Of a DNA stretch of 64,000 nucleotides, positions 1 through 12,187 are shown piece after piece. The position numbers and the translations under genes are program-made. Location of the stretch: the NCBI RefSeq assembly GCF_036321535.1, contig NC_087437.1, positions 28,460,001-28,524,000 of the forward strand. Reading direction: 5' to 3'. A model generated the notes under the pieces. The model was not told the origin of the DNA and did no database searches. It saw only the letters and a list, made by a program, of their open reading frames with translations. The number at the start of each line of letters is the position of its first letter. Within the stretch, counting starts at the first letter, position 1. Source of the DNA: Camelus dromedarius (taxonomy: Eukaryota).

Positions 1-401
1 AAGAAAATTAAGCTAACGATTAAGCTAGGAATAGGACAAATTCTTTTTGTCTACTTTTTGTTTCATGTTTCTTAGCTAAAAATATTTTTCCATGCAAACA
101 ATAACATTTAAGGTAAGGCTAATGTTTACTTATTTTCCTTGACATTAATTGAGTTTTCTAAACTTTAGACAAATCCACACTTAATGTAAAAAAAGTAACC
201 TTCAGAATGAGATCATGGTACCGTGGTCCTCTAATGAATGTTACCTTTTGTTTTAGCAGCTCAGTTGGCTCTAATCCATGGAAAAGTTTTTATTTCTGAT
301 CCGCTCCAAGGTAGGAGCCAAACCAAAGTTATAGAAACATTTTCCAGCAGACAAGTTTCTACAGATAATATCAGCAGTCAAAGAGTTGTGCATTTTCCTC
401 T

Positions 402-450
402 CACACACACACACTCACATGCACGCACACGCACACGCACACACATACAC
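402..450. repeat. Imperfect (CA)n/(CACG)n microsatellite
   Basis: cacacacacactcacatgcacgcacacgcacacgcacacatacac. Confidence 0.85.
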
Positions 451-2381
451 TTACGGAAATATTAGATACTAGGCTGGGAAAAATATTAAAATACTGATAA
501 TGATAGCAACTTTTGGGTTAATAAAGGTGCTCTTTCTTAATCCTTCCTAGTCACATTATGGCCTCAAAGTTTAAGTTTGTTTACTTTTTCAAAATCTATT
601 TGCTTCTCCCTGTGTTAATACCTTCCAGGGCTTTTTGATCTGTAACCTTTTGCCACTTCTGGTTTATTTGCCTAGCATATGATTTGTGAAAAATGAGGGA
701 ACGTAAACAATTATGAGTGGCTTTTTTGAAATGCCTATTAAAACCCTGGCCTCAAAAGACCTGCCAGTCCAGAACTTTAAACAGAAATGTGAAAGCTCAG
801 CATTAAAAGTCGGCAGCGTATAAGAGATGGTGCCAGTTGGACCACTTTGCTTCAAATACCTGCCTGCCCCAACCCTTTCCTTTGCTTAGTGACCAGCCAT
901 ACTGACTGTAGGATGCACTTAATTCCATGTGAGTCAACAGCTTATGTGGCATGCCTACTGTGTGCTAGACAGCATCTCAGGTACTTTTCCACGCTTTCTG
1001 CACAAAGCGGAAAAGACTTGGAAAGTGTATCCATCCTCCACCCCTACCACTTGCCCCACTATCTAGACCGACGCAGTTGGACTCTCTAAACCAAGAGATA
1101 TGCCAGATATATATTTTTAAAAGCTATATGCACCTGGTTAACAACTATTCTTTTAATCCTACTGAGAGGTTCAGTGGATGTAGTATGTTTGCCGTGACTT
1201 CTCAATCCATATAGAAGATGGATTTTTCTCCCAAGGATAAGACCATCTGGAAATCTTTACCTGCTCCAGACTCTCATATAGGGCTGCCTTTGCTTTCTGA
1301 TTAGCACTGTGGATACATTTCAAAACACGACTTAAAAAATGAAATAACCTTGTCACCTACTTAATTCCTTATTCATAGTTAGAAGGTGGAGTCACTCTGA
1401 TTCATTAATGTCCCTGCTAGCTTTCCGATTTAAAAATATTTTTTTCTCTCTGAATAACACTCCCTCTGACTTCTGTTCCCTAAAAAAATGCTACTTGATG
1501 TACGTGAATTGTAATTAGCAGGTTCCCATTTTGTTGCATGTCTTCCATTTTGCTGCATCTCCTCTATTAATTATAATAAAATAGCAGTTGGTAAAAGAGT
1601 AAGTGTTACTTTTAAGATTCTTACCATGATGTGTATTAACAAGTGTAGAGTTCCGGTGATGACTGGTTGACCTCATAATTATTTTACTTTTGTTAAGGAT
1701 TCCATATGTTCACATATTTCATTTCATCTTGTTATCTCCAAATAACTGCAAATAGAGGAATCTCCAAATAGTTCTAACATCTTCTTTTTGAATTTCTAAC
1801 TCATCATGGGTTTAAATGAATGGAACTTTTCTTGCAAAAAAGTGGCAGTCCTCAGGCTTAGCAAATAAATAGACTAGCCTGGGTGGATATGCTTTTATAA
1901 ACTATCAACACACGAAAGTGATCCTAAAACTCCAAATGTCATTCCTTTAGAACTTCATGCATAAATTCTATGTGCTGTTCTAGGAATCAGGGGAATTTGA
2001 TGGTCAGCCTTAGCCTGTAGTATATTTTGACAGCATGAATGAGTCAAGCAAGCAGTTTTCCAGACTGTTTAATAGTACAAAGGAAAGGGCTTCTAAGGAA
2101 GTCATTCTTAAGACTCGCTCAAAAATATTTTTCTTAGTAACTGTTCTAGAGAAAAACAGGTCACTGTTGGAAGAAAAATGAAATCTCAAGTTACAAGCAT
2201 TCTGAAAGTGATTTGATCACTAAAATGTGTTTATCTTATGACAGAACTCCTTAAAAGGATACTGCTTCATACATCTCCAGTTATTTAATGAATGTCGTCT
2301 TGAAACTCAACAAGAAATTATGTAACCCCATTGCACACTTTAACCACTTTGGCGGAACTTTGGCCTTTCTATTTTTTGAAC

Positions 2382-2384
<3 letters not shown>

Positions 2385-2420
<36 letters not shown>
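2385..2420. repeat. (TG)18 microsatellite
   Basis: Perfect dinucleotide run. Confidence 0.97.
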
Positions 2421-2423
<3 letters not shown>

Positions 2424-3049
2424 AATTCCATATAATTTAATTAGCATTTGTAAAACTATATCATCATAAACTTAAAGAATGTTTTAGGTTTATCAGGTTG
2501 CTTCAGATTTATTCCACTGTGTGGTTCTAAACTGCATTTGAGTGAAAATAGGCCTTGATCGATGGAAAATCATTTGTGGATTTACAGATTCTGTTCTAGG
2601 TGGTTTGAAAAGATGCATTGTCCAGCAGCAACTTTTCCCCCAGTGACTGTGCTCAGTGTGAGCTTGATGGATTCCAACCGCTGGGTTTATCATTACTGCA
2701 TAGATCTTTGGAAGGACAGGCTGCAAATCTCGTTTCCAAGCCATGACTAGCTATTATGTCAATGTGAAGAATAGAAATAAAATCAATACAGATTAAGAAA
2801 AAAAGATAGTCTGCAGTCATTCACAGATGGCAGTCAGCTTCCAAATTGTAATATCCTGGCTAGTCAAGGACTCCTGATTATGATGATTTTTCAGTATCAG
2901 GTTAGTATTTAAGATTTGAAATCTAACCCAGTAACCTTATTTTTATTTGTAATATTGGAAGTGTTTCTAGCATTTCTGAAGTAGCTTGAAAGAAAATTGA
3001 GAGTCATCTGTGGCTCCACTGAAGTTTTTAACCAGAGCGACTCTTGTAG

Positions 3050-3130
3050 GAGAGGAAGAGTCTTTAGAGATGGTGTCGTGCAGTCCATTTGCTCTACAGA
3101 TTAGGAAACTTGAGGAGCCACTGGTGAGGT
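3050..3130 (-). mobile_element. MIR/MIR3 SINE fragment
   Basis: tttagagatggtgtcgtgcagtccatttgctctacagattaggaaacttgagg resembles the reverse MIR3 core (TTTTACAGATGAGGAAACTGAGG). Confidence 0.55.
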
Positions 3131-3739
3131 TAAGGCTTAATCATGTTCATAAAGATCCTGAGATCACCAGACCCTTAAATATGACTGGATAGGTCACAGC
3201 AAAAACTGGAGTATGATGTCTTCGTTTTACGAATAAGGCATTATGACACACCTGGTTGAGGATAACGACTTTTAGTTAAGGTCGCGTCAGTGTTACTCAT
3301 TGCTATGAAGGTGCTTAACTTTCTTGACTATTCTCATGCCTCGATTACTGGTGGCATTAAAAGTTTATAGTGTTTTGCTGTTTAATAGCAGGCTCCCCCC
3401 CCAAAAAAAAAAGTATACTTAAGTTTATAATAAAATTTACTAACAAAAGCATGTGTAGGATACAGTTTAAAATTAAAATAATATACAGTACCCTGTATTT
3501 TAAATTCTGTATAGCCGAGTGATTCTTATAGAATGCTTTTTTGTTTGTTTTTTGTTAAACTCGTGCATCTGTAGCCATCCTGTGGTTGCAGATGATAGAT
3601 GAGATATTTAGTTCTCGCTCTGTGCTCTTAACTCATAAGAGGCCTCATTATACAGTGATCATCAAATGAGACATACTTCATGAATAACTTTTCTTCTCTA
3701 CATTTTCCTACCATTTTGTGTATTACAGAATAAATCACA

Positions 3740-3885
3740 TTATACCTGATTCTGTAGCTCATTTTTTTATGTTTCTTTTTCCCACTAGTTTATAAGTTCC
3801 TTATGAATGTGAAGCTAACATTAGTCACCTCTCTATGTAGAGTGTTTTGAATGTCCTTGGCATTCACTGTTAGTGAGTTGAAAGC
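3740..3885 (+). mobile_element. L2 LINE 3' end fragment
   Basis: cccactagtttataagttccttatgaatg...tgttagtgagttgaa resembles the L2 3' terminus (CTAGACTGTAAGCTCCTTGAGGGC...TGTTGAATGAA). Confidence 0.5.
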
Positions 3886-4648
3886 AATGTTTCTTCCTGA
3901 CCATGACCAATAATTGTGAGCAGGTTTTATGTGCTTTTAAATTCATTAGAGAATTTTTTTTTCATGTAATAGGACATTTGTTAGATAGTGACATATAACT
4001 GTTCATAATAAACTATTTCTCTAAGGAATCCAGCACCCTTCATTTATGGAGGGACTCATCCAGTTAAATTGCTCTGCCACTGTAATGAACTGTTTATGTT
4101 CTGTTGGTGTGCACCTCTGGAGCAGGCCTTTTATTTACTCTCATGCCATGTTTTGTGTGTTATCTTGTGCAGGCAGGCACACAGGGACCTGGCCAGGCTT
4201 CCTGATAATGGTGATTATACGGACAGCCCATGTCTCAGAGGGGAATGATAATTGATCAGGGCAGTGGAACAATACACAGTTATTTTTGTAACAGTATTAA
4301 CTCGCTGTTAGTGAGAGTGCTTTGTTGGGGAAGTGTCATGCTTACATAAAATAGTATTTATTCTTCAAAGGTTTATGAGAAGTGATACTACCAGGGTAGC
4401 AACATCATCGGTGTTTCATTTTTCCATATTTTTTTTCACTCTGCTGAGAATATTGAGAAGAGCATTGATTAGTGTTGGTGTTTGTTGTGAGAGGGACATT
4501 TCTGGGATCCAGACTGCAACTGTAACTACTGGTGTTTTTATCACAGAACTAATAACAATAACAAAGATACACGCTATTTTAGGGAAATTCATGTATCTCT
4601 GTTGCACTTAAATTTTTCCACACTCTAATTTTAGAGAAAAGGAAAGTT

Positions 4649-4782
4649 GGAGGGAGAGTATAGCTCAGTGGTAGAGTGCATGCTTAGCATCCACGAGGTC
4701 CTGGGTTCAATCCCCAGTACCTCCATTAAAAAAGAAAGAGAGAGAGAGAGGTATAAATGAATGAATGAATGAATGAATGAAT
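4649..4782 (+). mobile_element. tRNA-Ala(AGC)-derived camelid SINE (Vic-1 type) with (GA)n/(TGAA)n tail
   Basis: 4654-4725 is a tRNA-Ala-like head with A box TAGCTCAGTGG and B box GGTTCAATCC, followed by an A-rich and microsatellite tail; three more copies in the window. Confidence 0.9.
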
Positions 4783-7700
4783 ACATGTTTTGTCTTCCAA
4801 GCATGAAAACTTTACAGTGTTGCAAATCTTCAACCTGAAGTAGAAGAGAGAGTCCAAGCTCCCAAAAGTATAAATGCCTAGGCCCTGCCACTTGTTAATT
4901 TGCTCATTATTTCTTCCCTCTAATAATTATTTTAGGAGCTGTGTCATAAGCTATTTTAAAAAGAACTGAAAAGTTCTGCAGTCAAAAAAGATCCAGATTA
5001 TGTGTTGATGCCTGTAGTCCTAGCAATTAAGTATTTGATTGGGAAGAAACCTACATTTATCCACTTTGAAGAGGATCATCAGGAGGGATTAAAAATTTAG
5101 TACTTCAGGCTCATTAAGGGTTAGAGTGGCATAATTATGTAGCTGGTAACAAATGCTGCGATCTCCACTTGAACAGTAAGATCTGTTACTTCTGGAGACT
5201 TACTGGCCCTCTTCAAGGAGCTTCACAGTTTGTAAGTGTTACCTACTTGGAGAATAAGTCCTCCTGACCGATTACATTAGAGTTGGCATGCTTTTCTGCA
5301 AAGTGTGCGTTCGGAGAAGGTAAGGCCATGATAATAATCTTAAGCAGATTCAAGGTCTGTAGAGTATCTCCCCCTGGCATAAAGCAGTACTTATTGTCTT
5401 CATCGGTGAACGTCTTCATACAAGGCTCAGAAGAGAACACCTTCGTACTACATGGATTATGTTTTATATTTGCTGATGATTATGAGGCTAGTCCAATTTT
5501 CTAATCTTGCAAATTGGGAAGTAGTTAAAATGCTCAAGAGACAGCTGATGGAGCCTGATGTGCCATTCTTCATCACTAAAATTTTAAGGAGTTTTTTTTT
5601 TTTAATCCATAATTTTGTATTTCTGCATTTCAAATCTTGCTAATTGTTTGTATGGCACACAGTAACATGTTAATTTCAGAAGAACATATAGCTGGATCTA
5701 CTTTTAAACTAACTGGAAGAGATGGTGATATTTGTTTTATCTTGAGATTTTTTTTTTTTAAGTCTGGATATATCAGTTATCACCTAGGACAGTCTCTTAA
5801 TCTGTAACTTAACGCCTATCCGCCCTTGTTTTAGATACGATTGTAATAAGCCAGGTAATATTACCATAATACAGAAATATGAACACACATACATGACTGG
5901 CTAGGTTATTTTACTACATAAAAATGCAGTGACGGGAGAGGTATGTTAGAACTTGGTCATACTCCTAGTGTATTTATATAGACCATTGTAGTTAGGTTTT
6001 TACCTCCATGTCCTCTGTCTGGAAACTTTTTGAAAGCAGAGAGTGTCCCTTTGTCATTGGGATCTCTTAATACCTACCCATAAGCCTAACATATGGTCAG
6101 CTTCCAATAAATACTACTTTATTTGTATTGATTTTGAAATGGGATGAGATGTGGAATGCCAGCTGAAATAGTAACTCCAGATCCATGCCACAACCTTCCT
6201 TGCCCCCACCCTTAAGGTTTATAAAAAATAAACTAATTATAGTCATTATAGTTGTAAATAAGGCCATACGTTTCTTTAAAAATTGACATAGTCGCCTCTT
6301 TGAAAGGCCTCTTTCATTCAAGGAAACAGAAACTAGCATTGTATGTAGGACGCTAAAATCATTTGACTTGAGTTTTCTCTGCTCAACTAATTGTGATATC
6401 ACAAAGCTAAAAATATACACCTGTAGTCTCATCTCAGTTTGATAACTGGGCTGAAAAAAAAAAAGTCGATTTAGTTAAGTAGCAAAATTGGTTGTTTGTG
6501 TTTTTTCATTTTTAATCCTTTACTCTGTGAATTTTTCTCCCCTAAGGCAGTGGACTGAAAAAGTGACATTTTCCTGCCATTGATAAGCATTATGAGTAGA
6601 AATCAATAGTTAAATTGACCCAATAAAAGATGCCTGGGACCTACTTTTGAGACAAGATCATCAGAAAACAACACACACAGACTCTAACAAGGCTCGGAAG
6701 CGTCTTTTGCCTTTGTCTTGCATCTGTATTAAGTAGCAAAAAGTAGTGCTAATAAATTTTTTCTATGGAGCCTATTTAAGCCAGGATTCTGTTAACTAAT
6801 AGATAGGCTGCAGGTTCATAAGAGCCAGATTCAATAACATGCCACATGCCAAAAAAAAAATGGGGACATACTGGTTTAAGGTTGCCAAACCGCTAAACAA
6901 ATTTGTGTAGGATTTATCTTTCTTGCTTGCTAATCACCAGCTGCTTTTCTTTAACTTTATATTTGCAATCTGTGTGAAAAATAGATTTTATATTTCATTG
7001 ATAATTTTTCTAGATACTTTTTATTTATTGGATTCTGTTAAAAGAGAAAGGAACTTTATAAGGAGATAGGATCAGTACCTTAATAAACTCCCTTTTATAC
7101 AAAGATAAAACTCATCTGACTATGCTTATTCATTCAGTGCTTCTGATGAATGGGTAACATAAAGGATAACCTAAAGGAACCTTAAAGCAATGGTGTAAAT
7201 ATACTAATAATAATTTGAACTCCCTCATTCACATATTTATATTTTCTTAAAATATAGGTAAACTACATCTATATATGTGATTAGCTTTTTCTCTCTCTTC
7301 CTTCTGATTAGTATCATTCAACCTCTTTTATATGACTGGTAGTTTGTAAAGCACAGGGTATGCAAAAATAATGTCCCCCCACTTTTGGTTGCAATGACTG
7401 TTGCTGACCCAAATCAAATAGCTTCCTTAAACTGCTTTCTTTTTCTACTTTTCTAGTTAGAAATAAATCCTCTTGTGTGCTTCTTGTGGAGGACTTTAAC
7501 AGGGAATCACTTTCTAATCATTGTTCATTAATCCCGTAGAAAGAATACTTTTTTTTTAATGTCAACTCTGTCATTCATGTAAAATGTATGTTTCCTTGAG
7601 GAATCTCTGTGAATTACTTGTTCATCCTCACTGCCTTTCATATATTTCATTATACTCCTTAGGAGCTCATTAATTTTAAATATAAATTGACTGTTGCTTA

Positions 7701-7828
7701 TATACAGAGCCTCGTGAACAACAGAGATAGCAGTGGCACCTTTTCTTTGATTTACTTGTTATCTCCTGGTCATATAATTAGCCTGTTAATTTACCTCTCT
7801 ACCTGTATAGCTTGTTGAAGGCTGCAGG

Positions 7829-8015
7829 CAGTGGTGTGCTGGAGCTGGCACACATAAGACCTCCTCCCAGTGCCCGGTTAAGTAATGTCACATTGGCAGC
7901 TTGAAACTGGCTGTGGTGGTAGGATTTATTTACACTGTGGAAATGGGCAGATGCTATAACTCAGGGTTCTCCCTCTCCAGAGAGCCACTTATTAAGCACT
8001 TAGGAGCACTCACTA
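7829..8015 (+). mobile_element. MER63A-like hAT DNA transposon (non-autonomous)
   Basis: Starts CAGTGGTGTGCTGGAGC; internal gtcacattggcagcttgaaactggctgtggtg...atttacactgtggaaat...agagagcc; degenerate right TIR agcactcacta. Confidence 0.8.
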
Positions 8016-8121
8016 TTTACAGAATTGACTCCTTTTTTTTTTTAATCGTTTGACTATGTAGAGTTTCCAGATATTTTTTCCCTATGCTGTTTTATTTATT
8101 TCCAGACATTTTCTTTCTGTA

Positions 8122-8303
8122 TCACTTGCCAAGAGCGACTGGCAAGTTTCTTAGCCTTTCTGTGTCCCAGTGTCCTTCTCTGTAAGACAGAGATAATCAT
8201 AGTACCTACCTTGGGGTTGATGTGAGGTTGAAGAAGAAATACAGTATCTCAGTATATTAGCAATATGCCTGGTGCACAGTGAGCACTCAAGTAGCGTTGC
8301 CAT
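8122..8303 (+). mobile_element. MIR SINE
   Basis: Core ctctgtaagacagagataatcatagtacctacc...tgtgagg...gcctggtgcacagtgagcactcaa. Confidence 0.8.
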
Positions 8304-8539
8304 TTCTCTTTCTGTATTTTAATTGATAAATATTTATTGATCCCTTTCTAAGTACTTAGCATTTTGCTGAGTCCAATGGGTCATTGATTGAGACTCAGTG
8401 CCTCTAACATTGAATGTGGTAAAAGACTTCCTCTTTCGCTATTCCAACCTAATGTCCTCTGTTTTTTTCTGCTCTTGCCTTGCTGCTTAGAACTTTTTTC
8501 TCGCTATATGAGTTACGCGGAATTTTTTCATATTTAGAT

Positions 8540-8805
8540 TTAGTTTAGACAGTACCTCCTCTAGGAGGCTCCTCCTTACCCCAGCCCTGGCCATACTGTC
8601 CTCTTGCCTCCTTGTTTCTGTGATGCACTCCATTCATATCTCGATAGCTGTCTTTGGTGCAGGAGTCATAATTAGACATTTTCCTCCTTCTCTGGACTTG
8701 AGTGTGTGGCCTGTGATTTACCACCTTTGTGTTCTTGTCATTTAGTGAAATACTTGACACCTAGTAGATCCGATAGGAAAAGATACTGAATGATCGTTGG
8801 TTGAA
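8540..8805 (+). mobile_element. L2 LINE 3' fragment
   Basis: acctcctctaggaggctcctcc...gacacctagtagatccgataggaaaagatactgaatga resembles the L2 3' end. Confidence 0.55.
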
Positions 8806-9174
8806 GGAGTAAGATAAGCGACTTTGCTAATAAAGACGTTACTTGGTTGAAGAGATGATAAATACACATGTGACATGAAGGTGAACCTTTTAGTACTGAT
8901 ACCTAAATGTGTATAGATACAAATTAAGTTTATAATTTATTTTCATGTATACATGATCTTAAAGTAGGAAATGTCTAATTATTTCCCTGTTACAGATACA
9001 GATATTTATGTTCACAGATATAAATGAATGGAGTTAGGTCAGCCAGATCAGGTTTTAAGAAGCAAAGCCTAGCTTCAACCAGGTTTTGTGACCTCTGGGT
9101 CAGAAATATAAGGGAAAGTTTGGTTATTCTTACAGGTAGTAACTCATTCTCTTTTTCTTTCTTTTCTTTTTATA

Positions 9175-10185
9175 GCTTTTAAAAATTATTATGGTAATTC
9201 TTAAACATACACAAAATTAGAGAAATATTGTAATAACTTCTGTATATCTATTAGTCAGCATTTTGTATGCACGTATCTACGTATGCATCCATGAACGTTT
9301 TCTCCGTCTTGTTTCACGTACTGCCTTCCACATACCTTTTATCCCTGATGTATTTTGAAACAAATCTGGCATCCTATCAGATTATCTTTATGTATGTAAG
9401 AACTTCATATCTTAAGGACTTGTTTTAAAGATTACTCTATTTTCAAATTTATCAAAATTGACAGTAATTTCATCTTATCACTTAATGCCCACTTTATGTT
9501 TAACTCTCCCCAGTTCAGCTCTTCACAGCAATATCTTTTTTAACAGGTGGATTGCTTAGATCTATCCATTTAGATTTTATATTTTTTAAGATACCTTTAA
9601 TTTGTGGTAATTGCTGCTCCTCCCTCCACCCTGCCCATGCCTTTATTTGTTGGAAAAATTCAGATCATTGTCCTGGAGAATATTTGAGATTCTAAAGTTT
9701 GCTAATTGCTTCCCTATAGTGCCATGTAGCTTGTTCCTCCATCACCCTTAGTTTTTGTAAACTAAAAATTAAAGCTCGAATTGAGTTCAGTTGTAACACT
9801 ACTATTTATTTTGTGAGAATACTTTGCAGATGGTGCTGTGTATTTCCATTTGCATCACATCAGGAGGGCGTAATTTTATTTGCCTCCACTTTTAGTGATG
9901 CTGAAATCTACCAGAGAGTTCAGGTGAGCCTGGGCCAACCCCTGTAAAGCTCTCCATCAGAATTCCCAGTGGTTTCACTCCATTGTCGATCATTTCACAG
10001 CTCCATGATTTTTTTTTACAGATTGCAAAACAGTAACTTTAATTGTATTATTCCTGCTGCATTTGTTACCTCGAATTTTTCTATAAAGAACTTTTCCTTA
10101 GTAACTGACAACGCCACAATAAAGCTTACAGCAAAAAGATGGAGAAAATGCATGATTTTTTTGTCAATTTTCAGAATCAGACATT
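9175..10185 (-). mobile_element. L1MC4/L1MC5-like LINE-1 3' UTR fragment
   Basis: attattatggtaattcttaaacatacacaaaattagagaaata..., tattttgaaacaaatc, ttgcatcacatcaggagg...cttttagtgatgctgaaat match recalled reverse-strand L1MC5 motifs. Confidence 0.7.
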
Positions 10186-11635
10186 AACTTCTGATATAAG
10201 ATCTAAATATAGTTATAGATATAATCAAAGTATTCTAACGCATTTTAACAAAATTTCCCCTGAGGAAATTCTTTGAATTATTTCTCCTAGTTTTTTTTTT
10301 TTTAATTAATGAATTTTGGTAGCATTACTCCCCTTTCCTTCCTTTTCTGTTTACCATAAATATGCCTCTACATGATTGAATCTGTTCACTCCGAAGATAT
10401 TTATGGATCATCTTTTCCTTTGGTAAGCACTGTGCTAGCAACTAGGGATCTAGACACTAGCTCTGTTTTTCCTTTGAATATACAGCTTGAGTTTGTTTTC
10501 TACTCATAATATGATGTGATGTGAAAAATAAACATATAGATGAAACTGTTTCTGCTTACTATAATACTTGGTGTCCTGTATTATATACTTTTTAATGAAC
10601 ACTATTTCTAGCTGATTTTGGAGACCTTGGCCCTAATTGTCTAAAACAGGGACAATAAAGAGATTTAATCGTTAAGTTTTTCCTGTTGACCCAAAGAAAA
10701 ACGAGGTATCTCCATACAGAGCACTGTATATGACAAATGGGGAAATTCTTATTTTTATTATTTGGAAAGATAAGAAGAGGGAATACTGTAAAACTCCCTG
10801 AGACTAAAATCAATGAAAAGATTCTGTGCTTTTTTAACATAAGCAAATATTTGAACTTAATTTGACTTCCATTTTCAGGAACTGAGGGTGACATTTTATG
10901 CATGTCTTTATTCCCTATAATTAAAATGTGTTTTGTCAGGATTTTTTAAGGTGTTTTTGGATTTTAGAAAACGTACAGTTTCTAAAGTTTTATGAACATC
11001 CTCTTGTATGAATAGGCAGTGTAAATAGGAATCATAAGACAGCTCTTTCTCTAAAGGATTCTGTGACTATGAGAGAGTGAATATGGTATAATGTTGAATT
11101 CACCCGAAAAAATGTATTATAGAATCTGAGGTTATGATTTATATTGTTTTATTAGACATGTGATATTAATGTAAATTTTAGATTATATTATTTAATTATA
11201 GTAATTCTAAAACTCTTCTCAGATGTTTTCTCTAGAATAGAAACTCCGCCCTTTTCCTCATGTTCAGACAGTATGAGATGGCTGTTGTGATTATTTGAGA
11301 TTAGGGCAGAAAGCAAATTCTTGGCATGTAATTAAAATAATTTCTGCAATTGAAAATCAGAAAGATAGAAGTATTGTACATTCTGCCTATAAGTCTATGC
11401 TAATATGTTTTCTGATGGAGAAGAGCTGGGAAGCAAGAGATTTTTAGAAGGAGTAGTATTAGGTCTGCTTTCCTAGCCCCTTATCAGGGCATTTGACAGG
11501 AGTCATCTTTTTGAATTAATTCCTATTTTGTGGTTGGCTTTATTCCTTTGATGACTATGTAAGTTTAAAAAGCTAAAGCTCTAAACATTCTTAGAAACAA
11601 TGAGCAGTACATACATATAAATTTAAAAATATATG

Positions 11636-12187
11636 TGCCGTGAAAAAAAAAAAAAACGAGCTATCAAGGCATGAAAGACATGGAAGAGACTTAAAAAATA
11701 TATTACTAAATGAAAGAAGCCAGTCTGAAAAGGTGACAAACTGTACGATTCCAACCAAAGGACATTCTGGAAAAGGCACAGCTACAGAAACAATAAAAAG
11801 ATCGTGGTTTCCAGGGGTCTGGGGAGAGGGAGGGAGGGAGGAATGAATAGATGGAGCACAGGGGATTTTTAGGGCAATGAAATTATTCTGTGTGATACTA
11901 CAGTGGTGACTACATGTCATTATGCATTTGTCAAAACCCATAGAATATACAATATCAAGAATAAACCCTAATGTAAACTATGGACTTTGGTTGTTAATAA
12001 TGTGTCCATGTTGGTTCATCAATTGTACCAAATATGCCACACTGATGAGGGGTGTTGAGGGTAGGAAAGTATATGTGTGGGTGGGGAGGGCTGTGTGTGA
12101 ACTCTCTGTATTTTCTGCTCAGTTCTTCTGTGAACCTGAAACTGCTCTAAAAAAAATAAAGACTATTAATAATAAAAAAAAAAAAAA
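11636..12187 (+). mobile_element. L1MC1/L1MC2-like LINE-1 3' end with poly(A) tail
   Basis: gagctatcaaggcatgaaagacatgg, gaaagaagccagtctgaaaagg, gacattctggaaaaggc, atttgtcaaaacccatagaa, ccctaatgtaaactatggactt, tgtgaacctgaaactgctctaaaa, then AATAAA and an A-run. Confidence 0.9.

Noticed and set aside
4654..4725. Functional tRNA-Ala(AGC) gene
   Set aside because: Acceptor stem has two mismatches, the anticodon stem is also mismatched, there is an A-rich/microsatellite tail, and three related SINE copies are present.
5243..5330. AAG|GTAAGG donor-like site at 5319/5320 with overlapping short ORFs
   Set aside because: No matching acceptor or promoter signal; isolated donor motifs are common.
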